Below are positions 24,468-38,541 of a stretch of DNA of 64,000 nucleotides, piece after piece. The stretch lies in the NCBI RefSeq assembly GCF_009914755.1, contig NC_060947.1, one strand, 5' to 3'. The notes below the pieces were generated by a model. The model worked only from the letters and a program-made list of their open reading frames with translations, was not told the origin of the DNA and did no database searches. A program made the translations under genes and the position numbers. Origin of the DNA: the human T2T-CHM13v2.0 reference genome, Homo sapiens. The first letter of the stretch is position 1. Every line of letters begins with the position of its first letter.

Positions 24468-26792
24468 TGTATTAGTCCATTCTCACGCTGCTATGAAGAA
24501 ATACCTGAGACTGGGTAATTTATAAAGGAAAGAAGTTTAATTGCCTCACAATTCCACAAGGCTGGGGAGGCCTCAGGAAACTTACAATCATTGCAGAAGG
24601 GGAAGCAAACACATCTTTATTCACATGGTGGCAGCAAGGAGAAGTGCCGAGCAAAAAGAGAAAAGCCCCTTATAAAACCATCAGATCACACGAGAACTCA
24701 CTCAGTATCACAAGAACAGCATGCAGGTAACCGTCCCCATGATTCAATTACCTCCCACAGGGTCCCTTCCATGACACATGGGAATTATGGGAACTACAAT
24801 TCAAGATGACATTTGGGTGGGGACACAGCCAAACCATGTCATTCTGCTCCTGACCCCTCCCAAATCACATGTTCTCACATTTCAAAACACAATCATGCCT
24901 TTGCAACAGTCCCCCAAGGTCTTAACTCATTCTGGCATTAACCCAAAAGTCCAAGTCCAGAGTCTCATCTGAGACAAGGCAAGTGCCTTTCGCTTATGAG
25001 CCTGTAAAATCAAAAGCAAGTTAGTTACTTCCTAGATACAATGGGGTTACAGACATTGGGTAAATACACCTATTCCAAATGGGAGAAATTGGCCAAAATG
25101 AAGAGGTTACAGGCCCTATGCAATTCCAAAATCCAGTGGGACAATCAAATCTTAAAGCTCCAAAATGATCTCCTTTCACTCCATGTCTCACATCCAGGTC
25201 ACACTGATGCAAGAGGTAGGTTCCCATGGTCTTGGGCAGCTCCAACCCTGTGACTTTGCAGGGTACAGCCCCCGCCTCCTGGCTGCTTACATGGGCCAGC
25301 ATTGAGTGCCTGCAGCTTTTCCAGGAACACAGTGCAAACTGTCAGTGGATCTATCATTCTGGGGTCTGGAGGGTGGTGGCCCTTTTCTCACAGCTCCACT
25401 AGGCAGTGTCCCAGTGAGAACTCTGTGTGGGGGCTCTGACCCCACATTTCCCTTCTGCACTGCCCTAGCAGAGGTTCTCCATGAGAACCCCTGCAGCAAA
25501 CTTCTGCCTCCAGACCTTTCCATACATCCTCTGAAATCTAGGCAGAGGTTCCCAAACCTCAATTCTTGACGTCTGTGCACCCACAGGCCCAACACCATGT
25601 GGAAGCTGCCAAGGCTTGGGGCTTTCACCCTCTGAAGCAATGGCCTGAACTGTACATTGGCCCCTTTTCGCCACAGCTGGAGCAGCTGGGACACAGGGCA
25701 CCAAGTCCCAAAGCTGCACATGGCAAGGGGAGCCCTGGGCCCAGCCCACAAAGCCATTTTTCCTTCCTAGGCCTCTGGGCCTGTGATGGGAGGGGCTGCC
25801 ATGAAGGTCTCTGACATGCCCTGGAGACATTTTCCCCATTGTCTTTGAGATTAACATTTGGCTCCAAGTTACTTATGCAAATTTCTGCAGCAGACTTGAA
25901 TTCCTCCCTAGAAGATGGGTGTTTCTTTTCTATCACATTGTCAGGCTGCAAATTTTTCAAATTTTTATGCTGTGCCTCCTATTGAATGCTTTGCTGCTTA
26001 GAAATTTATTCTGCCAGATACCCTAAATCATCTCTCTCAACTTCAAAGTTCCACAGATCTCTAGGGCAGAGGCAAAATGCTTCCAGTCTCTTTCCATAGC
26101 AAGAGTGACCTTTACTCCAGTTCCCAACAAGTTCTTCATTTGCATCTAAGACCATCTCAACCTGGACTTCATTGTCCATATCACTATCAGCATTTTGGTC
26201 AAAGCCATTCAACAAGTCTCTAGGAAGTTCCAAACTTTCCCAAATCTTCCTGTCTTCTGAGCCCTCCAAGCCTCTAGGAAGCTCCAAAGTTTCCCACATT
26301 TTCCTGTCTTCTTCTGAGTCCTCCAAACTGTTCCAACTTCTGCCTGTTACCCCGTTCCAAAGTTGCTACCACATTTTTGGGTATTTTTACAGCAGCACCC
26401 CACTATCTGGTACCAATTTATTGTATTCGTCTCTTCTCTTGCTGATATGAAGAAACACCAGAGACTGGGTAATTTATAAAGGAAAGAGGTTTAATTGTCT
26501 CACAGTTCTGCAGGGCTGGAGAGGCCTCAGGAAACTTATAATCATGGCAGAAGGGGAAACAAACACGTTCTTCTTCACATAGCAGCAGCAAGGAGAAGTT
26601 CCAAGCAAAAGGGGAAAAGCCCCTTATAAAACCATCAGATCTCATGAGAACTCACTCACTCTCATGAGAACAGCATGGATGTAGCCACACCCATGATTCA
26701 ATTACCTCCCACTGGGTTCTCCTCACATGTGAGGATTATAAGAACTACAATTCAAGATGAGATTTGGGTGGGGAGACAGCCAAACCATATCA
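24468..26792 (-). mobile_element. Full THE1 (THE1D-like) MaLR provirus: LTR 24468-24841, internal 24842-26421, LTR 26422-26792
   Basis: Two ~370-nt LTRs (tgtatt...ccaaaccatRtca), ~1.6-kb MaLR internal region, perfect 5-bp TSD CTCTT (24463-24467 / 26793-26797). Confidence 0.95.
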
Positions 26793-26899
26793 CTCTTCAT
26801 ACTATTAGTTGTAATATTGGTATATATTTTAATCTATGTAAACCTTAACTTCATATCCTGGAAGAAGAAGTAAAAACCATGTGTCTATGTTGTCTGAAA

Positions 26900-27430
26900 T
26901 TGCATCCTGGTATCTTCCCTTACCAGTTGTGTGAATTTATGCTAATTATGTAATCTCTCTGGGCCTCAGTTTTTGTCTTTATTTGTTTTTGAGACACAGT
27001 CTTGCTCTATTGCCCAACCTGAAGTGCAGTGGTGAAATCATACCTCATGGCAGCCTCCAACTCCTGGGATCTAGAGATCCTTGAACCTCAGCCTCCAAAG
27101 TAGCTAGGATTACAGGTGTGCACCACCATTCCCAGCTAACTTATTTTTTATTTTTTTATTCTCTTGTGGAGAGAGGGTCTTCCTATGTTTCTCAGGCTTG
27201 TCTCAAACTCCTGGCCTGAAGTGATCCTCCTGCCTCAGCCTCCCAAAGTGTTAGGATTACAGGCATGAGCCACCACACCTGGCTCTGGACCTCAGTCTTA
27301 TTGGTCATAAAAATGGTGGAAGAAATAGTATTGACCTAATAGGGCTGTTGTGAGAATGCAATGAGTTAATTTAATACAAGAAAGCACTTGGAAAAGTGTC
27401 TGGCTCATGCCAACCATGTTAGTAGGAAAA
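26900..27430 (+). mobile_element. MIR split by an AluJ
   Basis: cttaccagttgtgtga...taatctctctgggcctcagt | ...cctaatagggctgttgtgagaatgcaatgagttaat. Confidence 0.7.
26971..27284 (-). mobile_element. AluJ
   Basis: J diagnostics (atcatacctcatggcagcctc, gatcctcctgcc). TSD ctctggRcctcagt. Confidence 0.9.
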
Positions 27431-27749
27431 CATAAAAAGTTCAATAAAAGAAATGGTTTGTTATTCAAAGTAGGAGACACAGTATTTTAGCTGAAAAAGT
27501 TTTAAATACAGGTTGTAGAGATATGACACACACAACTAGATAATTCAGTATCTGGAGATGCATATGGCAAGACATTGCAATATCAAATAAATGATAAGAA
27601 AACCATCAGTGATGTGGGCACCCAGAGGAAGGAGAGATCCACAGAAGGACAAGAGTATGGAAAACCTTCCAAGTGGAAGAGTCTCTTGTGGATGTTGAAA
27701 CATTTTTGGCATTCAAATGGGTGATGAAGCCATGAGATAAAATTTACAA

Positions 27750-28215
27750 TTGATACAGAACTTCATCATGACCTGACTTCTCACCACCTCTCTGACCTCT
27801 CCCTTGCCTTCTTTTTACCTTGCAATCAGTATGCTTCAATCACTATTTCCCCTTTTGATTTAATAAAGATACCAAATCTTCCTGGCATCAAAGCAACACA
27901 TATGTTCTATGTGCCTGGAACTTTCTTCCCCTACTTTTTGTCAGGTAAATCCTTCTCATACTACAGGTCTCATCAACAAGAAGGCTATTCTTACCCTCTG
28001 CCTTCACCAGATAGGATGGCTTCCTGATACAGTCTGCACTCCCTCATAGCACTATCACCAATTGTAAATATTTATTTTTGTAATTATTTGTTTGATCCCT
28101 ACATTTCCCTATAGAATATAAGTCCACTAAGGGCATAAGCAGTCTCCACTTTATTAATAACTGATTCTCTGTTTTCTAGCACAGTGTTTGATATGGCATA
28201 GGGGCTCATTTAATC
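27750..28215 (+). mobile_element. L2 3' end
   Basis: ctatagaatataagtccactaagggc...ctagcacagtgtttgatatggcataggggctca. Confidence 0.7.
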
Positions 28216-28228
28216 ATCAGTATTAGTT

Positions 28229-28527
28229 GAATCAATATTGTTAAAATGGCCATACTGCCCAAACCAATCTACAGATTGAAAACTATTCCTATTAAACTAC
28301 CAATGTCATTTTTTCACAGAATTAGAAAAAACATACTATTTTAAAATTCATATGAAACCAAAAAAAAAAAGAGGGGCTAGGAGTTGAAAAGCAACCTGTT
28401 AGGTACTATGCTCACTACCTGCGTGATGGGTTCAATCGTATCCCAAACCTCAGCATCACACTATATACTGTTGTAACAAACTTGCACATATAGCCCCTGA
28501 ACCTAAAATAAAAGTTGGAATAAAAAA
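28229..28527 (+). mobile_element. L1PB-like element with a large internal deletion
   Basis: ORF2 piece gaatcaatattgttaaaatggccatactgccc joined at an A-run to 3' UTR end (cccaaacctcagcatcac...cccctgaacctaaaataaaagtt). Confidence 0.85.
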
Positions 28528-28619
28528 CCAGTATTTGGGGGGTTAATGAATAAGGGTAAAGAGGTAGAATAATGCAACAGACTCAGAAAATATTAACACT
28601 TCTCTTGGTTTTGCTATTA

Positions 28620-29040
28620 ACTAATAATAGTCACAAAGTCAAACACAGTATTAAGTTTTATTATACATTACTTCTCCTCAAAACAACTTCCCCAGGTTAC
28701 ATGTTAACTTCCCCAGGTTACATACTATTATCCCAACTTTATAGATGAGAAAACTGATGTTAGGAAGCTGATTATCTTGATTAAAATCACACAGCTAAGC
28801 CTAAGTTACAAAATAGACCAAATAGTGTGGGGCCTTGGAAAAAACATGTGAGGGTTTTACACAAAGATATGCCTGGGTTTTAGTCATAGTTCTGTCCCTT
28901 ACTAGTCATATGTCTCTTGTAAACTAAGCTTCTCTAAGCCTCATTTTTCTCAAGAGTTAGATCCAGTGCTGTCAATAAATTAGAAATAATTTATATGAAG
29001 TACCTAGACCATAATTGGTATTCAATCACCAATTATTTGC
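28620..29040. mobile_element. Two MIR fragments in opposite orientations
   Basis: ctattatcccaactttatagatgagaaaactga (-); cctgggttttagtcatagttctg...ttctctaagcctcatttttctca (+). Confidence 0.65.
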
Positions 29041-29185
29041 AGGGAGCTGGTAATATATCACTAGGGGGAAAAACCGAGATACATCCCCAAGTGGTGATAG
29101 ATAACTTACAGAAGTGGATGAGATCTCCAAAGAGGACAGTATAAAAGAGTCAGCACAGCAGTCCTCAGAGACTTAACATGAACAT

Positions 29186-29785
29186 TAAGGTAATCTGTAA
29201 AGTTGAATTTCCCCAGTGAATTCACACCCTTGGTAGTCTCCTCTGCTTGAATCATGGCTGTTTCTGTATTTTACTTAACTAGTAGAAAGTGGCAAAAGTG
29301 ATGCTCTTCAAGTTCTGAGCCTAAGACTAAAGAGCAATTGGAAAGTTGGGGGACTTCTGCTCTTCTTATTGTGGACACCCTGAGCAGGAGTCCTGCTGGA
29401 GAGACCATACGGAGAGACTTGGTGGAGAAGTCATGTGGAGGGGTAGGAGCACTAGTACTATAGAGGAAAGAAAGGAGAGAGAGAAAGAGGAAAAGAGAGA
29501 ATGTGAGAGAGAGAGAGAGAGATTCAGGTATGTTGATGTCTCAGCTGAACCTAGCCTTCCAACTTCCACATAAACCCAAGAAGCCAGACCTGGGAGTGAA
29601 ACATCTTGGACGTTCTAAGTCACAATGTGACTACAACAGCACAAGACGTGTCAAGTGAGAATAGCAAAAGAAACTGCCCATCTGAGTTCCAGTCAACCCA
29701 TAAAACTGTGAGGAATATTAAAACAACTGTTTTGTCATCCATTGTTTTAGAGTAGTTGGTTATGCAGCAATAGATAAACAAAACA
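29186..29785 (+). mobile_element. MLT1 (G/H-like) solo LTR with internal (GA)n
   Basis: ttcacacccttggtagtc...tggcaaaagtgatgct; aactgcccatctgag...gttttagagtagttggttatgcagcaatagataa. Flanks aacat / gacat. Confidence 0.75.
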
Positions 29786-31650
29786 GACATTAAAATGCTG
29801 TATCAATTTTTACCTATAGACCATCTGGCCCCAGTGTTTTTCTGAGGAAAAGGACTTGTCTTAGGAGGATGATAGTCCTGTTCATAATATTATTCTCACA
29901 AATAAAAGATTTATTAGCTTGCCCTATTTTCCCATTATGGGCTGGTGATTTGAAATTTATTTAAGCCATGCTTGAATGTATTCATATCTTCCGTCTGCGT
30001 AACTTTTGGGCATAAGTATTACATATGTCTACAATCCATCATGCCAACTGTCCTTTCTACAATTCTCAAAGAAATTATTTTAAATGCTAAATATTGATTC
30101 TATTTTGCCTTTTAAGCCAACATTCTCCAAAGAAAAGACAAAAGAGATTGAAAGAAAATGAGATAATGTATCTGTAACATTCAATAAAACATCCCATGAT
30201 TTGCACTTTTGAATTTGACTTAATTACTTATTAATATCCTAGAATTCACATAATAATATCTATGATGAAGACAGTTTATCTAGTTTGTGACAAACTTCTC
30301 AATCTGTTCACCTTCCTTATGTACCAGCCTCCCTCCATTTCACCATGAAATGCTAGGGTATTGCATGATCAGAGACACGTGTGTTAACTCTACATTACTG
30401 CCTTATGTTTATGTCAGAGGAGAAGCTCAGATCTCCATATTATTATTGGAAATTTTCATCTACAATTACTTTAAGATATAAGTATTTTATCAAAAAGAAT
30501 TTTATCTGTTCTTGTTTGTCTATCTCCTAACTTCAGAGAAGGAAAGGCTCTCCCCTTTTACAGATAGCCATTGTCATATTCCAGGGATGTAGGACTTTCA
30601 TGACTTGTTTTACTTTTCTTAAAAAACTTCTACAAATTTGTGGCTGCAGATTTGGAGGACCAGGGCAAAATGAGGGAGGAATAGGTTAGAAAAGATGAGA
30701 ATAGGAAGAAAAGTTGAGTTTGCTCTGAACCTTATTAAGTATGGCCTGAGTGGAGAAGTTAGAAGCTGACTCTGTGTAGGGCAATTAAAAATAAAAGCTG
30801 GAACTTCTGTGGTTCAGGCCCACATGTGAACTAAAGAGAGGGGGAAGGAAGAGGCCAGGTATCTGATGAACAATAAAGCAGTGGGTGCATATGTGGGGTC
30901 AAAAAAGGAAAGCAATGAGTCAAACCTCAAACTTATGCATTCAGGTGTCAGTGGGTAAATGCATAGAATAAGAAATAGCTGATGGTCACTGATGGAGGTC
31001 ATCAGGGGATTAGTGGAAACCAAAGAATACATTTTAAAAAATGAAGTACAATTAACTAGGAATGATCAAACAATAAGAGAGACAATCCTTCTCTAAAACA
31101 TCCTGACTCTCACCCTGCTCTCCTTTGTTATTTCTGGGCCTAGAACAATTTCCACTTTCAATTAACTTGCTTTATAAAAGGAATGAAGAGTGACTCTATC
31201 TCTCACATACCTTGCTCTGCCTTTGTTGTAATCAGCACTGTGAATTGAAATGCCTTATCAAATAAGTGTTTTTGAAGGCAATAGACAACACTGTTGGTTG
31301 ACAAAGCAGTATCATAAAGTCACTTGCTGTTTCTGCTTGGCCCCTGCACAAGAAACCACACTTTGCTCCTTCCAAAATAAGGAGAAATGAAATGATCCTT
31401 TGTGGTGGAGGGAATTTTTAAAGTCATACTTTATATTCTGCCTGAAGACAAAATTAAATCACAATTCATGAGTGGTTTAGATCATACACAGGGCTAGAGA
31501 ACAGATGAACATACAGGTAATAAGACAATAAATGTTTAAAACTGCATATAACATCATCAGCTAAATGGCCTTTGAGGACCAATGTTAAGTAACATTTAGT
31601 GCAGAAAGGGATCTACAATGGAACTATTACCAATCCATGCATTATCTATG

Positions 31651-31818
31651 GAGATCTCAAATAAAAAAGCTAACTTTACAGTTTAAGAAACTGAAGGAAG
31701 AAAAACAAACTAAACCCAAAGTTAGCAGAAGGCAGGAAACAATAAAACATCCCTTTGTATACCTTAAATAGATACGATGTTTATTTTTCAGTTATACTTC
31801 AATAAAGTTTGAAAAAAG
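31651..31818 (+). mobile_element. L1 composite: early ORF2 piece fused to an L1M 3' terminus
   Basis: aagaaaaacaaactaaacccaaagttagcagaagg...aataaaa then tgtataccttaaat...tcagttatacttcaataaagtttgaaaaaa. Confidence 0.65.
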
Positions 31819-32128
31819 GAAAGAATTCTCCCCAGTTTATGAACTACATATACAGATTCTTATATAGGACACTACAAAAATACTCAACCCTGTGGAGAGA
31901 AAATAAATTTATCTTGCTTGTCCAAATCAACTTATTGGTAGTTAGTGTCAGAGCATTGAGTAACAGTGGATTGTGAGGCTCTACTTGGCTCAGTGGAGAG
32001 GAAGGCAGTGAAAAGAGAGCTAGGGTGACTGAGAAGATGGTTTGGAGGGTGTAGGACAACAAATACCATATGTATGTATGTATGTGTGTAAATATATATT
32101 ATTATATATATTTTGTATATGTATAAAG

Positions 32129-32717
<589 letters not shown>

Positions 32718-32763
32718 TATTTTATATATATATACATACATATATATATGAATACATATATCA

Positions 32764-32808
<45 letters not shown>
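32718..32808. repeat. (TA)n/(TG)n compound microsatellite
   Basis: Long perfect TG run at ~32769-32804. Confidence 0.95.
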
Positions 32809-33106
<298 letters not shown>

Positions 33107-33369
33107 ACAGATACCATATATTGAAAATTTTTCTCAAATTCAGTCTTCAATATTTAGAGTGGGACCATTTAAATAGATATAAAATTGGGGGAAAAGCATG
33201 TTTTCATGACTGATAGAAACATTCTTTTGAATGTGTCTTAACTAGTAAAATCAGCATGTCTAATAAAACAAAAGAAATCCACTAAGTAAAAATAATGTCA
33301 GGAAGAGTAATATTTGTCAGTGAACATTCAGCATTGCCAAGGGACAGAGATGTTGATATCTCTACTTTC

Positions 33370-33960
33370 ATGTTTGCTCCCTAGTTGTCCTCAATACAAA
33401 TGGCAGCATTATTTTCTAAGAGTCAGATATCACCCTTTTATTAGCAACACTCTAATGACTCTCTCTCCCACTCAGAGTCAAAGTCAAAGTTGTTTCAATG
33501 ATCTCCATAACTCTCTAAGATCTGAATAGTCATCGCCTCTCTAATAACCTCTTCTATTACTTCTCACTCATCATGTTGCAGCCACATCTACCTCCTGGAT
33601 ATTCCTCTGACTCACCAGACATGCTACTGCCTTGGGGCCCATTTTTAAGCTATTTGCTCTGTCTGGATTCTCTATTCCCAGAATTCCTTTCCAAATCTTT
33701 GCTTAAATATCACCTTCTCAATGAGGTTATCCCTGATTACTTAATTCCCCTTAACGCTACCCTATCTTCTTTACCCTGCTCCAATTTTTACTGTTTTTCA
33801 TATCACATATTACCTTCAAATTTATTATATTTAGTGTTTCTAATATGTCTGCCCACACTTACCACCTCTAGAAAAATGTGATCTTCAAATGGGCATATAT
33901 CTGGCCTATGATAGTACTTGATGTTTCACAGATGCTCAATCAACTTGTGTTGAATGATTG
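33370..33960 (+). mobile_element. L2 3' part
   Basis: cactcagagtcaaag...ccaaatctttgcttaaatatcaccttctcaatgagg...agatgctcaat...tgttgaatga. Confidence 0.75.
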
Positions 33961-35512
33961 TGACTATATTCTAGGATAAGGCAATTTCCTGGACCTTTCC
34001 AGATGTTAGGCATAAATCCCCTTAAATTGTGTTGCTTATCTCATTCTCAGTTTGTGTCACAAAGCAAACTGATGTATTATTCGGTTTCCAAAATGCCTGG
34101 AGAGTGGAAAATGAAGCTATGGATAGGGGATTAACACATGCCTCTTTTACTTTATTAGACATGATGGTATCTGGGGAAAACTATTCTTTATTAACATGAA
34201 TAAGTAAGTTTCTCTTTAACATACTAGTTTCATGTTATTTAGTGTAAATCTACTGCAAATTGAATAGTCACCTCTGGGCATATTAATTTCATTCTTTTCT
34301 ATGCCTGAAAAACTGAGGAGGGGAAACCAGGTTCTAGCATAACATGACTTATACCAAGTGCTAATCCTGAAAGGATGACTGGTTTGCAGCCTTCCATGAC
34401 ATCCACCACCGCTTTTCAAGCTTTTCCTGACCCTGCAGGCATGGGAGATACCGTAAGTAAAGAGACCAAAGATTAATTATTCTGCAATCTGACCAAATGT
34501 TGAAAGTTTAAGCATTCCATTATCTAATTAATGACACAGACCCACACAGTGTGCTAACATAGTGTATAGGTTTGAAAAGTACCATGTGACTGTTATAGGG
34601 TTCAGGCTATGGTGCAAGATAAAGGTAGTGATTCTTGACTAGACCATAAATATAAAGAGGAAAGAAGACACATATGTATGGATAGAATCTACACACAGAG
34701 ATCCCTGAAAATCATAACTTGTGTCTATTTCATTATTTTCTAGCTGATGTGTCTGCCTATAACCCAGATGATTCTACTGCTCATTGGATATTGTCTCAGG
34801 ATGTCCCCATGTATAATGTCAACTATTATTTTTATTATTATTATTTATCAGAGCAATGCCATCACCATCTTTAGATGCTGTTGAGAGGAAGCCAGCACTA
34901 TTTGGGAAAAGATCAACAATATTAATAGGGGAAGAGGGAACTGAAGATTTGTAAATATCAAGAAGAAATAGACTTACCCTGATGAAAGTCAGAAAACTGG
35001 GTATAATATGAGGTATAAATACTAATTAGCCTTATATCTTTGACCAATTTATATCCTGTCTCTGGACTTCAGCTGAAATGTCTGTGAAATGAAGATACTG
35101 AGTTAGATAATTTCTAAGGTCTCTGGAGCCTATGGCTGTGTTCATATAATGCTGATGTTACATAAAAGAGCAAGGTTAGGGTCAGTCTTGTATGGGGACA
35201 CACAAGATGAAAAATTAAGCTTGCATTAATAATAACTATGACTTATATAGAACATCCTTCATACCAAGAATCCACAGTAATTGTCAGCTTACAAAAAAAA
35301 AAAAAAAACGATCCAGAGAAGCTGCCCATAGACTCATGGCTAATATGAAGTAGAGTCAGGGTCATAACTTAGGCAATCTGGTCCAGATTCCATGATCTTA
35401 GTTGTCCTCCTCACTGCTTTGTGCTTAAAACTAATACCTATCTTTTATCTGTCAGTAATAGTGGGAGGGAGGCCATTGAGTAGCTCAAGAGTTTTCAGTA
35501 ATTTATGTTATA

Positions 35513-36537
35513 CAGGTTGAGCATCCATAATTGCTAAATGCTCCAAACTTCAAAACTTTATGAACACCTACTTGGCCCCACAGGTGGAAAGTTCCACACC
35601 TGATCTCATGTGGTGGGTCATGGTCAAAATGCAGGTGCACAATGATGAAGATGACATGGTTAACACTGCAGAAAAAAGTGCCTGTACATGACATGGTGAA
35701 TATGTGTGATTAGCTTATTGAAGGACGAGATCCATGTGCATTCATAACAAAGTGCAAAATCATATCACTTTATAAAAATCCGAGAGAGACTTCTAAGACA
35801 AAAACCTTGTTAAATAAGGCCAATGACTCTGGAGGAAACATTTTTAAAAGCCATATAGCAGAATGTCTCCTCATCCCTAGAGGATACAATTCCTGGTCCC
35901 TCAACTGCTTCTGATGTTTCTTCTCATCTAAAAAACGAAAATACAGTGTACAATAACATTTTGCTCAAAACAGCATTGTAGGTGGAGTCTGAAGGCCTGC
36001 CATTGTTTGTTGTTGCAGTTTTTAAACAACTGATACAACTATACTGAGGATGCTATTACGCTGCTTAGCTACCCTGAACACATTATATTTTCACTATACT
36101 AAGGGTATGTCATATTTTTTATGTATGTATCGGTAAGTACTTATGTATCAGTAAGTGTAAGAAAATGATTGCTTATGGGTAGCATGTAAATTCAGAGTCA
36201 GGAATGATGATGGTGATGCTAAACAATCACAGACTGTACACATGAGTGACTGAGATAGTGACACTTTTGCTTTCTGATATTTCAATGAAAGAAATTTTCT
36301 TTTATGCACAAAATTATTAAAAGTTTTGTATAAAATTACATTCAGAAGATTTGTATAAGATGCATATAAAAATAAATTTTGTGTCTTGATGTGGGTCCTA
36401 TCCTCAAGATATCTCATTATGTATGTGCAAATATCCCAAAATCCCCCCAAAAAGTTATCCAAAATCCCTCCAAAAAGTTATCCAAAATCCGAAACACTTC
36501 AGGTCCCAAGCATTTTGGATAAGAGATACTCAACCTG
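35513..36537. mobile_element. Tigger4 (Zombi/MER46-type) internal-deletion derivative
   Basis: TIRs caggttgagcatcc / gatactcaacctg, TA on the left, ttccacacctgatctcatgtg, and ccgaaacacttcaggtcccaagcattttggataag. Confidence 0.85.
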
Positions 36538-37053
36538 CAATAGTTCGAATGCGCTAAGAAAACTACAAAATACATTATTGAGAGAGAGAAGAAAAAACAA
36601 CTAAATTGACCCTAATCATTCCTATCCCTAAGGGAGGTAAGTTAAGAGTAAATTAGAAACTGTGTTTGCTTTTGGCTGATACTCTGAAGCTTTGATATGT
36701 GCATCAGGCTTCCCTTGGCCCTCAGGTTCTCAGGTGACAGTTTCACACCTTTTTAGCTCCTTACATTTCCAAGCACCTTGTTCTAATTTTTGGAGGTTGA
36801 CCTTGCTTTCTACTTACTGACTGAGAAATTCTAGAACCTTGTACTACTAAATCTTCTCCCTGCCAGCATCTGTGTTCTTGCACTCTGCCTTAACTTATAT
36901 GGCTATAGATAAACTTTCTGTGCTGCTGTTCATAGCCAATATCTCCACCTTCATCAGTAGATCCCATTCCCTTTCTCCTACTTGAGGCTATTATTCCAGC
37001 AACTTTATCTTCTCTCCCATATCATCATTTTTTTTTATCTTTCAACGGGATAA

Positions 37054-37388
<335 letters not shown>

Positions 37389-38235
37389 TAATCTCATCTT
37401 AAAATTATATCTTGCCTCACAGCCACTACCTAATTTCTTTGTTCCTATTTGTAGCACAATTCTTCAAAATTATTGTCCATTCTGCCGCTACTTTGTCTCG
37501 GCCAGTTCTCTCTTCAGTCTCGTCTACACCTCTCTCCCTCACTACTCCTCTGAAATGGTTCTCATCAACGTCACCACTGACCTCCACTTGCTGCATCCAG
37601 CAAACAATTCTCAACTTTCTTCATTTTTAAAAACTTTTCATCTTTATCAAGGTGTAACTGACAAATAAGAACTATATATTTAAGTTGTACAACTTGGTGT
37701 TTTGATATATGTATACATTTTGAAAGATCATTACAGTGAAGCTAATGAACATATCTATCACCTAACATAGTTAACATTTTTTGTGGTGAGGACACTTAAG
37801 ATCTTCACTCTTTAAAATTTTCCACTAAACAATACTGTGAACTGTAACCCCCTTGCTGTACATTAGATTTCTAGAACTCACTTATCATGAATAACTAAAG
37901 CTTTGTACCATTTGAGCAACATCTCCTGATTTTTCTCTCCCCACTACCCCTGGTAACCACCATTCTATTCACAGCTTTTATGAGTTTGACTATTTTATAT
38001 TCCACTTATACGTGAGATCATGCAGTATCTGTCTTTCTGTGTCCAGTTTATTTCACTTAATATAATGTTATCCAGGTACCTCCATGTTGTCAAAAATAGC
38101 AGGACTTCCTTTTTCTGAAGGTTTGATAATATTTCTTTATTTTCTTTATCCATTCATCCTTCAAATGACATTTAGGTTGTTTCCGTATTTGGGTATTGTG
38201 AATAATGCTGCAGTGAACTTAAGAGTGCAGATATC

Positions 38236-38541
38236 GGCCGGGCGCAGTGGCTCACACCTGTAATCCCAGCACTTTGGGAGGCCAAGGCAGGCGGATCATG
38301 AGGTCAGGAGATCGAGACCATCCTGGCTAACATGGTGAAACCCCATCTCTACTAAAAATACAAAAAAATTAGCTGGGCGTGGCGGTGTGCACCTGTAGTC
38401 CCAGCTGCTGGGGAGGCTGAGGCAGGAGAACGCGTGAACCTGAGAGGCTGAGCTTGCAGTGAGCCGAGATCGCGCCACTGCACTCCAGCCTGGGTGACAG
38501 AGCAAGACTCCTTCTCAAAAAAAAGAAAAAAAGAAAAAAAA
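38236..38541 (+). mobile_element. AluY
   Basis: gagatcgagaccatcctggctaac, gcgtgaacc, gagcttgc. 15-bp TSD aagagtgcagRtatc. Confidence 0.95.

Noticed and set aside
24591-26645. Dense overlapping ORFs on both strands
   Set aside because: All lie within the THE1 provirus. The MaLR internal frame is broken into several pieces.
35640-35940. Tigger transposase coding remnant
   Set aside because: Short, internally deleted, no open frame.
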